Virus record (IMG/VR): IMGVR_UViG_3300037499_000048
Span: 1-29,948 of that record
Length of the DNA: 29,948 bases
Strand: one strand, 5' to 3'
From: a virus
Taxonomy: Duplodnaviria; Caudoviricetes
Positions 16,917 to 25,213 of this stretch are shown piece by piece. Positions within the stretch are counted from its first letter, which is position 1. Every line of letters begins with the position of its first letter. The notes under the pieces were generated by a model. It made no database searches. It was not told the DNA's origin and saw nothing but the letters and a program-made list of their open reading frames with translations. The translations under genes were made by a program, and so were the position numbers.

Positions 16917-17957
16917 CTAAATAATGACGGGCTGACGGTCAAACAACCGCAGCAGTTTCTTGGCATGTGCAGTAAATGTCCGATCGGCTATCGCCGCGCG
17001 GGCTTGCCGTGCCACCCCTTCCCGAAGGCCGTCGTGACGCAGCCACCAACGCAGCTTCTCCGATGCGTCCTCGGCGCCGACGAACGCCGGCAGCATGTGC
17101 AGCACCTCGTCGCTTTCCGGCCGCGGATCGCGCAGGAAGAACAACCCGGTAGCGGCCATCTCCACCTCGCGAGGACCCATCGAACCGCCCCAGATCAAAT
17201 GATCGGCATCGGCCTCGCGGCGATACAGGTTCAGCCCGAGCTTGCTGGAGCGGTACAGGTCAACGGCCTCGGTATTATCCATGCAGTAGTCGATCTGATG
17301 GATGACGTAGTGCCGGATCGGCGAATCCTCTGTGAGCCGCTGCCAGTTCCCACCGAGCTTCACGCTGAGACCCCCCAGGTCCATTGCCTCAAAGAACTCC
17401 ACTCGGGATGGGAAGCCGGTGCCGACGAACGAGAAGTCGCAGACCAGATCCGGATCTGCCGGCCCGGGATGGTGGAGGCTCGGACGGTAGGCGTGGGGTG
17501 CCCACACGGTTGGGGCGACCGCCTCGAACCGCTCGATGTTCGTCGGGTCGTTGAGCAGGTTCAAGTCAGCGTGGGCGGCGATACCGAGCTGCCGCTCATC
17601 TTCGTAGGGGCTCTCTGTGTGCAGCAGGACGACGCGGGTGCCATAGTTGCGCGCCTGGTCGAGTAGCCGCGGGTCGGTGAAGAACGCCGACACGGCCAGC
17701 ATCACGTCAGGCCGGGTCTTGTACAGCGTGGCGGCGAGCCGGTCGGCGGCGAACTGCTTGACTTGGTCCGCATCCAGCACTCTCTGGAGCCCGGCCCCGT
17801 CACCCTTGTCGATATGGACACCTTCGTAGAAGTTGAGCACGTCTCCGAGCGGATATTCGATGACGGTCTCGCCGAGCTCGCGCAGCGCCTCGACCCACCC
17901 GTTGTGTACATCCGCAACTGAAAACGATGGGCCGGGGTGGACGACCAGCCAGCGCAT
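16917..17957 (-). CDS. Glycosyltransferase, CgeB-like GT-B family (346 aa)
   Basis: LHTESPYED, DFSFVGTGFPSRVEFF, LYRSSKLGLNL.R, MGPREVEMAATG.F.L and IADRTF..HAKKLL. TGATG overlap with the upstream tail gene. Confidence 0.85.
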   Translation of the reverse strand: MRWLVVHPGPSFSVADVHNGWVEALRELGETVIEYPLGDVLNFYEGVHIDKGDGAGLQRVLDADQVKQFAADRLAATLYKTRPDVMLAVSAFFTDPRLLDQARNYGTRVVLLHTESPYEDERQLGIAAHADLNLLNDPTNIERFEAVAPTVWAPHAYRPSLHHPGPADPDLVCDFSFVGTGFPSRVEFFEAMDLGGLSVKLGGNWQRLTEDSPIRHYVIHQIDYCMDNTEAVDLYRSSKLGLNLYRREADADHLIWGGSMGPREVEMAATGLFFLRDPRPESDEVLHMLPAFVGAEDASEKLRWWLRHDGLREGVARQARAAIADRTFTAHAKKLLRLFDRQPVII

Positions 17958-18355
17958 CAGCCGACCTCGACGACAATGTCGGTGGCCAGGTATTCGACAC
18001 CGGCGAACACGGTGATCCGCTCATCCTCAACGAGCGTGGCGTGCGCGTAGTCGACGATCCCGCCTAGCGTCGGGTCGGCGTCGATGGCGGCCTTGATGGA
18101 CTTGGCCCCGGTGCTCGCCAGGTACTCGTCGATGGTCTCCTGCGCGGCCTTCTGCTCGGCCCACGGCATGAGCACCGTGACGGCGAACGTGGTGTCGTCC
18201 TCGCCGTCCATGGATACGCCGAACACGGTCTGGCGGCGCTTGACGTATGCGTGCGGCGGGTTGGGGACCGTCGGCACGGTCGGGCTGTGCCGCAGGCCAG
18301 CGATGGTGGCGAGCCGGTCGTCGATGCCCTCGCGGATCTCCTGCACCGTGGCCAT
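17957..18355 (-). CDS. Tail terminator / head-tail joining protein (132 aa)
   Basis: IREGI..RLATIAGL...PPHAYV...SIKAAIDADPTLGG.VD; position after the head-tail adaptor. Confidence 0.75.
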   Translation of the reverse strand: MATVQEIREGIDDRLATIAGLRHSPTVPTVPNPPHAYVKRRQTVFGVSMDGEDDTTFAVTVLMPWAEQKAAQETIDEYLASTGAKSIKAAIDADPTLGGIVDYAHATLVEDERITVFAGVEYLATDIVVEVG

Positions 18356-18988
18356 CTACGCCACCAACACGGGGTAGCGCTGATACGGCATCAGCATCCT
18401 GGCGACCTTCGGGTTCTCCCGGATCCGTACAGCGCCGAACTCGCTCCACCCGGCGATCCCGAACGGGGCGTCCTTGAGCTTGAACAACTCGGCGGCCAGC
18501 ATCAGGCAGGCTTCCTTGACCGCCGACGGTGCCGCGGTGGGCCAGCCGAACGTACCGACGATCTGCACCCGGTTCATCCGCTGCTGCGAGTAGGCGTACG
18601 GCACCGGGAACGTCTGAGTACCGACGGCGCGCACCTCGGTGTAGGGCCGCGCCTCTGGGCCGCTGGCCGCGTTCACCGGCCACAGTTGGTAGTCCGTCGC
18701 CGCCCAGGTCGTCTCGAACACGCCGTCGCCGGAGGCGTCGGTCTTGAGGCTGGTGACGGTGGCGATGTCGCCGACCCACACGTCGGTGTCGGCCGGGCGC
18801 AGGCAATACCGGTCGGTGGCGACAAACGTGGCAGTGGTGGAGCCGGTGATGTAGAAGATGCGCTGGCAGTGTTGGTCGATGGCCCGCGACGCCGAGTCCA
18901 GCGCCGAGTCCACCAGTGTGTCCTCGAGACTGTCGGGAATGCCGAATCGGGCCTTGAGCTCGGCGGCGGTGGCGTACAGGTTCGGCAC
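18356..18988 (-). CDS. Head-to-tail adaptor (gp6/gp15-like, about 210 aa)
   Basis: LYATAAELKA...ALDSASRAID.HC.R.F...V.IVGTFGWP..P.AVKEACL.LAAELFK...V..ML.PY. Start is GTG at 18988 or TTG at 18994. Confidence 0.85.
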   Translation of the reverse strand: MPNLYATAAELKARFGIPDSLEDTLVDSALDSASRAIDQHCQRIFYITGSTTATFVATDRYCLRPADTDVWVGDIATVTSLKTDASGDGVFETTWAATDYQLWPVNAASGPEARPYTEVRAVGTQTFPVPYAYSQQRMNRVQIVGTFGWPTAAPSAVKEACLMLAAELFKLKDAPFGIAGWSEFGAVRIRENPKVARMLMPYQRYPVLVA

Positions 18989-18999
18989 AGTCAATCCCC

Positions 19000-19614
19000 T
19001 TACCTGGCTGCCCAGCCGTCGTGGTGGATAGCGGTCGGTTCGCCGCCGATGAAGTGTCCACGCAGCCCGGCAACCAACCAGTCATCGACCAGTTGGGCGT
19101 CGGCGGCGTTCTTCGCGTAATCCGGCCTCCACGTGGCCGTCCGCAGCGCCGCCACCCGGCACATGATCCCGTCCGAGTCGAGGTGACCATGCGCGAATGT
19201 GGCATCGCCGATGATGAACCGGCCTTCGCCGCCTATCCGGAATTGCACCGGGGAGATCGTGAAATCGGCGCCCATCTCGACCAGCGCGGCCACGTGACGT
19301 TCCACGTGATCCGGCAGCAGTTCGTCGTCGTCGCCGAGGAACCCGACGTACTCGCCGAGCGCCAACACCGACCCGATCTGCCACGGGTAAGCACCGGTGC
19401 TGCGTTCGCGGCCGTCCCGCCACGACTCGTTGATCTCAACGAACCGGACGCCGGGCAGCCCGGCCACCTTCTCGGCCAGTCCGGGGTTGCGATCGGACAC
19501 GATAACGTGCTCGACGTCGGGCCACGTCTGCGCCCGCACCGACGGGGCGCACCGATCCAGCAGCAGATGTTCCCGGCCGGGAATGGTAGGGGTGACGATC
19601 GACGCGAGCGTCAC
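19000..19614 (-). CDS. Glycosyltransferase family 2 (GT-A, 204 aa)
   Basis: SIVTPT...SVRAQTW.D.EHVIVSD...GEYVGFLGDDDELLPDH...ADAQLV; GTGA overlap with gmd. Confidence 0.9.
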   Translation of the reverse strand: MTLASIVTPTIPGREHLLLDRCAPSVRAQTWPDVEHVIVSDRNPGLAEKVAGLPGVRFVEINESWRDGRERSTGAYPWQIGSVLALGEYVGFLGDDDELLPDHVERHVAALVEMGADFTISPVQFRIGGEGRFIIGDATFAHGHLDSDGIMCRVAALRTATWRPDYAKNAADAQLVDDWLVAGLRGHFIGGEPTAIHHDGWAAR

Positions 19615-20564
19615 GCCGCGACCTCCAGCGTCTCAGCGACCACCATCCGCTTGACGATCTCAGTGAAGAACACCGACGGCTCCCACCCGAGTATTCGTCC
19701 AGCCTTGGCCGGGTCGCCGCACAGATGCTCCACATCGGCCGGGCGGAACAGGCCGGGATCAACCTGCACGTGGTCCCGCCAGTCCAATCCAGCCTCGGCG
19801 AACGCCACCTCACACAACTCGGCCACCGAATGGGACTCGCCGGTGGCGAGCACGTAGTCGTCGGGTTGTTCTTGCTCGGCGATCAGTGCCCAGGCCCGCA
19901 TGAAGTCCGGTATCCAGCCCCAGTCGCGGCGAGCGGCCAGGTTCCCCAGCCGCAGGTCGGCTTGTTCGCCGCGGGCGATGCGTGCCACCGCGGCGGTCAC
20001 CTTGCGGGTCACGAACTCCTCGCCGCGCCGCGGCGATTCGGCGTTGAACATGACCGCTGTCGAGGCGTGCATGCCGTACGAGTCGCGGTAGTTCACGGTC
20101 GTGTGGTGGGCGAATAGTTTCGCCACTCCGTACGGGCTGCGAGGATGGAACGGCGTCGACTCCGACTGTGGCGCTGGGGAGCTGCCGAACATCTCCGACG
20201 TGGACGCCTGCACGAACCGGGTGTCGGGGTTGACTGCGCGGATCGCTTCGAGCATCCGCAGGCAGCCCAGCCCGGTCACCTCGGTCATCAATGTGGGCTG
20301 CTGCCACGACATGCCCACGTAGGTCAACGCGCCGAGGTTGAACACGACATCTGGTTCTGCGGTGACGAGCGCGCGTTGCAGCGACGACTGGTCCAGCAGG
20401 TCGCCCTCGATCAGGGTGATCTCGGGCACCAGCGACTCAATCCATGCTCGTTTCGGGTTCCGTTGTCCGTGCAGCAGCCCGAACACCTGATGCCCCTCGG
20501 CAGCGAGTTGCTCAGCCAGGTACGAGCCGGCTTGTCCGGTGATGCCGGTGATGAGCGCCCTCAC
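19611..20564 (-). CDS. gmd: GDP-mannose 4,6-dehydratase (317 aa)
   Basis: RALITGITGQ.GSYLAE, QASTSEMFG, PFHPRSPYGVAK (YxxxK), ESPRRG.EFVTRK, LGNL...RDWG, PDDYVLATGE.HSV, RPADV..L.GD..KA...LGW.P. Confidence 0.93.
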   Translation of the reverse strand: MRALITGITGQAGSYLAEQLAAEGHQVFGLLHGQRNPKRAWIESLVPEITLIEGDLLDQSSLQRALVTAEPDVVFNLGALTYVGMSWQQPTLMTEVTGLGCLRMLEAIRAVNPDTRFVQASTSEMFGSSPAPQSESTPFHPRSPYGVAKLFAHHTTVNYRDSYGMHASTAVMFNAESPRRGEEFVTRKVTAAVARIARGEQADLRLGNLAARRDWGWIPDFMRAWALIAEQEQPDDYVLATGESHSVAELCEVAFAEAGLDWRDHVQVDPGLFRPADVEHLCGDPAKAGRILGWEPSVFFTEIVKRMVVAETLEVAA

Positions 20565-21739
20565 AGCAGCACCGGCATCGGCAGAGGTACCAGGAACCGG
20601 CCACCAGCGGCCGTGTACGCCGCCTCACGGCGCAGAACGCCGGGCAGGTAGTTCCAGGCCAGCAGCAGGTACACGTCGGGCTCAGGGCGCTCCCCTGGGC
20701 CGCAGACGGGGATCTTCGAGCCCGGCGTGTAGCGGCCTATCTTGTGCGGCGTGGTGTCGACGATGTGGTCGAGCCGGTCGGGGCCGATGCCGCAGAAGTT
20801 CAGCAGTGTCGCCGATTTCGCAGACGCCGCGTATCCGGCGACCTTGTGGCCGGCGGCGATCTGTTCGTCGAGCAGGGCCAGCAGTCGGGTGCGGATGTGC
20901 TCGACCCGGCCTTGCAGGCTCATGAACGTGGACGGCTGGCGCAGCCAGGACGGTTCGGTCATCTCGATCGGCTCACCCCGACCGAACACCACCCGGATCG
21001 ACCCGCCCTGCGCAGGGGTCGGAGTCACCGACCGGACCGCGAGGCCGTGCTGGGTCGCCACCCGGGCCAGCGAATCGGCGGTGAAGTAGTAGCGGTGCTC
21101 GTGATAGACGTGGTCGAACTGGCCGCCGGCGAGCAGGTCCGCAAGATACTGCACCTCCACCACGGCGACGCCGTCGGGGGCGAGCAGGTGCTCGACGCCG
21201 GCGAAGAAGTCATGCAGGTCCGACACGTGCGCGGCCACGTTGTTGGCCACGACCACGTCGGCGGCGCCGTGGTTTGCGACGATCCGACGGGCCGTTTCCA
21301 GCCCGAACGGCTCGTGCATCACGGTCAGCCCCTTGGCTCGCGCCATTGCTGCCGGGCCGTCGGCGGGCTCGACGCCGAGTGTGCGGCAACCGAACCGGGG
21401 AAGCAGGGTTCCGTCGTTGCAGGCGATCTCGACTAGGAACTTACCGGCGTCCAGGCTGAGCTGTTGCTTCAACTGCGTGGCGTAGTCGGCGAAGTACGAC
21501 ACCGCCGACGGCGACGAGCCGGTGAAGAACGCGTAATCCTCGCCGTACAACAGCCCATCCGGCACGATCTCGGTCAACTGGACCAACCAGCAGGACGTGC
21601 ACACCGCCAATTGCAGCGGATAGCGGTCCTCCGGCTCCTCGGCGGACGCCGGGAACCGGTCGGCCAGCGGCGAGTCACCCAAGTCGAGGAAGGTATGCAG
21701 GTCACCCGCGCCGCAGCCGCCACAAGAAACCCTACGCAT
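20561..21739 (-). CDS. SAM-dependent NDP-hexose 3-C-methyltransferase (TylC3/EryBIII/TcaB9/NovU-like, 392 aa)
   Basis: ATG at 21739 with GGAG RBS. Zn site CGGC...CTSC with LDLG.SPLA.RF and YPLQL; SAM motif VEIACNDGTLL; ANNV.AHV.D; YHEH.YYF; C-terminal GYAASAKSATLLN.CG...IVDTTP.K.GRYTPG..IP...PD.YLLLAWNY. Confidence 0.93.
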   Translation of the reverse strand: MRRVSCGGCGAGDLHTFLDLGDSPLADRFPASAEEPEDRYPLQLAVCTSCWLVQLTEIVPDGLLYGEDYAFFTGSSPSAVSYFADYATQLKQQLSLDAGKFLVEIACNDGTLLPRFGCRTLGVEPADGPAAMARAKGLTVMHEPFGLETARRIVANHGAADVVVANNVAAHVSDLHDFFAGVEHLLAPDGVAVVEVQYLADLLAGGQFDHVYHEHRYYFTADSLARVATQHGLAVRSVTPTPAQGGSIRVVFGRGEPIEMTEPSWLRQPSTFMSLQGRVEHIRTRLLALLDEQIAAGHKVAGYAASAKSATLLNFCGIGPDRLDHIVDTTPHKIGRYTPGSKIPVCGPGERPEPDVYLLLAWNYLPGVLRREAAYTAAGGRFLVPLPMPVLL

Positions 21740-23177
21740 CGGCGTTCTCCCGCAGTCGCCGATCGAAGGTCTCCCGATCCTGGGTGGCTTGCCTCTCGCC
21801 GATCTTGTAAATGTCGTCCGGTTCACCCTTGCCGAACATCGGATGCAAGTGCTCGACCACCGACCCCAGCGCCATCACCCACACGCCGCGCTGCTTCGCG
21901 ACTGTGACGATCTCGTCATCGACGAACCAGTGCCGGTAGCCCTCGTGACAGACCACCTTCGGCCCGTCCCACGACCCGCCCTGCTCATCCACGTACGACC
22001 GACGCACCAGCAAATGCGTGGCGTGCCCGCCGGCCATCACTCGCGGATTGCCGAGATCATTGGTGCCGACCACATGGAACTCGTCCCCAGCCCGGGCCTG
22101 CGCCTGGTCAAGCCAGCCAGAATGGAACCGCACATCGTCGCCGACAATGAACAGCCACGGCTCGCTGGTCATCCGATAGCCGGCATTAATCCGCTCCGCG
22201 AACGTGCGGGCGTCGGCAACCAGTACCTCGGCACCGGCCTGCCGCCAAGCGTCGATCGCGTCGGTCTCATCCGGTGCCGCCACCGCATAGGCGTGGGCGA
22301 CCCCGGTGGATGCCCGCAGCGATCTCATGAATCGTTCCGCGTTCTTCCACCGCATGGCCGGGACGATGACTGCGGTCTCAGTTGTGGCCGGCGGTGGTGT
22401 CACCGCCTCGGCCGGGACCTCGAACAGCCGATGCCGCCGGTAGTCGTCCTCGGCGAGCCAGAACGGCTTCATGTGTGTCGTGCGAACCCCGGTGTGGACG
22501 AACAGTGGGATGCCCATCGACTGCGCCCGCAGGCAGAACGACAGGTCCTCGGAGATCAGTTGCCCGGTGGATGTGTTCGGGACGCGGTCATACCAGATCG
22601 GCCCGTACTTTTGCTCGACTGCCTCGAACACCGACCGGTGGATCAGCAGGCAGGCAGAGCCGGTGCCGGCGCACTGAGTCAGTGTGTCCGCCGGGTAGTC
22701 CCAGCGGACTGCGAACCCCATCTGGTCGTCGACCTTCGCCCAGTCGAAGATGGTCGGGGTCGGGGCGGTGCGCCACCCGCCGGCCGCATCCGGCTCGGTC
22801 TCCCGCAGCGAGAAGCACAGCCCGCCGACCATTGGCCGCTCCTGCGGGTCGGCGGCCTCGATCAGACGGTCGATGGTGTCCGGCTCGAACCCCATATCGG
22901 TGTCGATCCAGAACAGCCACTCCGCGGTTCGGTCCTTGAGAAAGTGCTTGACGGCCTGGTTGCGTGCCTCGACCAGGCCGTCAGAGCCGCACCGCATGGC
23001 GATGTAGCCGCCGGCCATGATGCGGCCGTGGTTGGTCAGATCCCAGCCGACCATCTCGATCATCGAGTGGTGCCAGGAGTAGGTGACCTCGTTCTGATGC
23101 ACATAGGCGACCGTGACCGCCTGCGCCGGGTCGCCCGTCTCCAACGCATCCAGCGTCGTCGCGGTGGGCTCAGCCAC
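21732..23177 (-). CDS. Tandem two-domain GT-A glycosyltransferase (about 481 aa)
   Basis: Domain 1: ARN..VK.FL...WLFWIDTDMGF...GTGSACLLIHRSVF...SEDLSFC.R. Domain 2: AVIVPA...INAG...WLFIVGDDVRF..GW...VVGTNDLGN...HWFVDDE...VEHLHP. GTG at 23177 overlaps the upstream stop. Confidence 0.88.
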   Translation of the reverse strand: MAEPTATTLDALETGDPAQAVTVAYVHQNEVTYSWHHSMIEMVGWDLTNHGRIMAGGYIAMRCGSDGLVEARNQAVKHFLKDRTAEWLFWIDTDMGFEPDTIDRLIEAADPQERPMVGGLCFSLRETEPDAAGGWRTAPTPTIFDWAKVDDQMGFAVRWDYPADTLTQCAGTGSACLLIHRSVFEAVEQKYGPIWYDRVPNTSTGQLISEDLSFCLRAQSMGIPLFVHTGVRTTHMKPFWLAEDDYRRHRLFEVPAEAVTPPPATTETAVIVPAMRWKNAERFMRSLRASTGVAHAYAVAAPDETDAIDAWRQAGAEVLVADARTFAERINAGYRMTSEPWLFIVGDDVRFHSGWLDQAQARAGDEFHVVGTNDLGNPRVMAGGHATHLLVRRSYVDEQGGSWDGPKVVCHEGYRHWFVDDEIVTVAKQRGVWVMALGSVVEHLHPMFGKGEPDDIYKIGERQATQDRETFDRRLRENADA

Positions 23178-23409
23178 GGCGGGCCTGACGCTTCTCACCC
23201 GGCGCGGCGGTGGCGGTCTCCACCGGGGCGTCGTAGCCTTCGGGCTCCTCGGAGTAGTTCAACCCGAACCGGGCATCGTCGGAGAAATACTCCGGATGCG
23301 CGCGGACCACCGGATCATCAGCAGGCCAGTGCGACCCCTTCTGGATGACCCCACTGATCCCCGACGGCAGCTGCACAGGCGCGGTTGTCGTTGCGTACAC
23401 GACCTTCAT
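23170..23409 (-). CDS. Small capsid-adjacent protein (79 aa)
   Basis: KG.HWPADDPVVRAHPEYF...VETATAAPGEKR; the ATAAPGE(K/R)R motif is typical of genes just downstream of actinophage capsid genes. Confidence 0.75.
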   Translation of the reverse strand: MKVVYATTTAPVQLPSGISGVIQKGSHWPADDPVVRAHPEYFSDDARFGLNYSEEPEGYDAPVETATAAPGEKRQARRG

Positions 23410-23417
23410 CTGATCTT

Positions 23418-23471
23418 CCTCTCCCTGGATATGTGGAGGCCCCCGCTCCAGGGAGGGACGGGGGCCACCAC
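23418..23471 (-). promoter_or_regulatory. GC-rich hairpin whose loop is complementary to the downstream RBS (H-type pseudoknot candidate)
   Basis: mRNA sense: GUGG-U-GGCCCCCG [UCCCUCCCUGGAG] CGGGGGCC-U-CCAC AUA UCCAGGGAGAGGA AGAUCAG AUG. Loop CUCCCUGGA pairs 9/9 with UCCAGGGAG. Confidence 0.65.
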
Positions 23472-23482
23472 GTTCGGTCGGG

Positions 23483-23662
23483 TCACTCGAAACCGAGTTC
23501 CGCCAGCTTCTTCGTGACTGCTTTCACCTGATCGTCGTCGCCGTTCGATCGAGCCGTCTCCAGTTGTGCGAGCAGCGCATGCACAGCCGGGTCACCCGAC
23601 TCGGACGCTCGGGCGAGTTTCCCCGAAGCCGGAGCGGCCTCGGTCTTCTTGACTTCAGGCAC
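23483..23662 (-). CDS. Small helical protein downstream of the capsid gene (about 59 aa)
   Basis: GGAGG RBS before GTG at 23662; LARASESGDPAVHALLAQLETARSNGD...KLAELGFE. Confidence 0.7.
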   Translation of the reverse strand: MPEVKKTEAAPASGKLARASESGDPAVHALLAQLETARSNGDDDQVKAVTKKLAELGFE

Positions 23663-23710
23663 AGTTGCCTCCCTCATGAACGGAACATCAGAGGTCTTCA
23701 CGGACACCGA

Positions 23711-25213
23711 TCAGGTGTTGACCAGCAGACGGAAGCCCAGGTCGTTGACCGAGTTTCCGCCGATGCGGGCGTAGGCGAACCAGGCACGCTGCCCGGTCGG
23801 CATGTTCGACGTCACGTCGAAGATGTGCGGCACCTGCTCGACCGACATCCCGCCACGCCTTGCGATGACATAGTTCTGGAAGTCGCCGACCACCGCATAG
23901 CCGGCCGCCGACGCGGTCGAGGTGGTGGTATCCGGCATGTACGGCGACTCGAACACGCCCTTGTTGAACAGCAGGGACAGCCACTCAGCCTTGAGGTTCT
24001 CGGTGAACGCGTGGAACACGTTCGCCGTGCCGATCTGACGGATCTTGTTGTTCACATCGACACCCATCAGCCACGATGCCCGCCGCCGGTACTTCTGCGG
24101 CAGTGCCTGCCACACCGCGTACGGGTCGTTCGCGCCGAACGTCGTACCCGACGTTTGGATGCGAACCCGCACATTGGTGTTGGCCGACAGCGCCGTGAGG
24201 ATGCCCTTGGGCTCGCCGGTACCCGAACCGCGGGTGAACTTGTCCACCAGCAGCTCGTCATAGCCGGCTGCGAGCAGCGCGGCCATCTCCTCCGCGAACG
24301 AAGGATAGTCCTGGCCGATTTCTATGGAGTAGGGAATCAGCCCACGCGCCATGTGCACGACCACACTGGGCTGCGCCAGCACAGGGCTATTGTCCGTGGT
24401 CGCCGCGGCCTCAGTCTGGAACGCCCAGGTCACACCAGCAGACGACACACCCTTCCACTGGTTCGTGTTCACCGTTACCTGGCGAGCCAGGGTCAAGAAC
24501 GGGTTGTCCGACTCCTGAGCCGTCAGAATGATCGACGGGTCGATGAACACCGGGATGCCGAACCCGCCGGCAGTGGTCGTCACCTCGGCCATGGCCCGGT
24601 ACTCGTTGTACCGGCGCAACGCGTCCCGCTCATCCTCGTCGAGAAGATAGTTCGCGTCGGGCTGCGTGACGACCTTCATCCATGCACTGCGATAGGCGTC
24701 GGTCTCAGTGACCAGGATGCGTCGGGCGATGTCAGGGTCACGGCGGATCTGCCGCTCCACCTCGTCCTTCTGCAACGCGGTCATGTGACCGGTCGTCGAC
24801 CGGTCGTCCAGGCGCCGGAGCGCGTTCTCCCGGGTCTCGGTCGGGGTGAGCCGGCGGACGTCGGCGAACGGGTCGTCGGCGCCGTACTTGATGTTGGCAA
24901 GAGCCCGCTCCACGGCCTTCGGCTTGCGCCGGAAGATTTCCTGAACCTTGCGGTGCTCCTCGACCCGACTGATGGCCTTGTCCCGCAGCTTCAGGCCGTA
25001 GTCGAACGCCTTCTGCTCGTCGGGGGTCTTCTCCCGAAGTTCGCCCTCGTCGGTCTGGTGAATCGAACGCAGATGCGCGTCGAGCACCTCGACGTAAGCG
25101 ACGAGCTCGTCGGGGGTCTTGCCTCGAAGCTCGTCGGGCACGCTGTCGTCGAGGTCGGCGACGTCCTTCCCGCGGAGCTCTTCGAGGATGGTGTTTTCCT
25201 CAGTTGTACTCAT
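23711..25213 (-). CDS. Major capsid protein, HK97 fold with N-terminal delta/scaffold domain (500 aa)
   Basis: Charged helical N-terminus of about 205 aa, then RAM...TAGGFGIP, WQ/AFQTE, IPYS.E...D, FTRGSGTGEPKGI, VVGDFQNYVIARR.G and GQ.AW.AYARIGG. ATGA overlap with the protease gene. Confidence 0.95.
   Translation of the reverse strand: MSTTEENTILEELRGKDVADLDDSVPDELRGKTPDELVAYVEVLDAHLRSIHQTDEGELREKTPDEQKAFDYGLKLRDKAISRVEEHRKVQEIFRRKPKAVERALANIKYGADDPFADVRRLTPTETRENALRRLDDRSTTGHMTALQKDEVERQIRRDPDIARRILVTETDAYRSAWMKVVTQPDANYLLDEDERDALRRYNEYRAMAEVTTTAGGFGIPVFIDPSIILTAQESDNPFLTLARQVTVNTNQWKGVSSAGVTWAFQTEAAATTDNSPVLAQPSVVVHMARGLIPYSIEIGQDYPSFAEEMAALLAAGYDELLVDKFTRGSGTGEPKGILTALSANTNVRVRIQTSGTTFGANDPYAVWQALPQKYRRRASWLMGVDVNNKIRQIGTANVFHAFTENLKAEWLSLLFNKGVFESPYMPDTTTSTASAAGYAVVGDFQNYVIARRGGMSVEQVPHIFDVTSNMPTGQRAWFAYARIGGNSVNDLGFRLLVNT

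Noticed and set aside
19000-23177. Sugar genes as a host O-antigen/antibiotic cluster, or as a DNA-hypermodification system
   Set aside because: They are coupled on both sides to phage head genes. No flippase, polymerase, PKS or base-hydroxymethylase genes are present. Virion modification fits the context better, though DNA modification is not formally excluded.
23433-23471. Hairpin as a classic rho-independent terminator or a known SAM riboswitch
   Set aside because: There is no U-tract, and I cannot match it to a SAM riboswitch consensus by eye. Kept only as an RBS-pairing structure.
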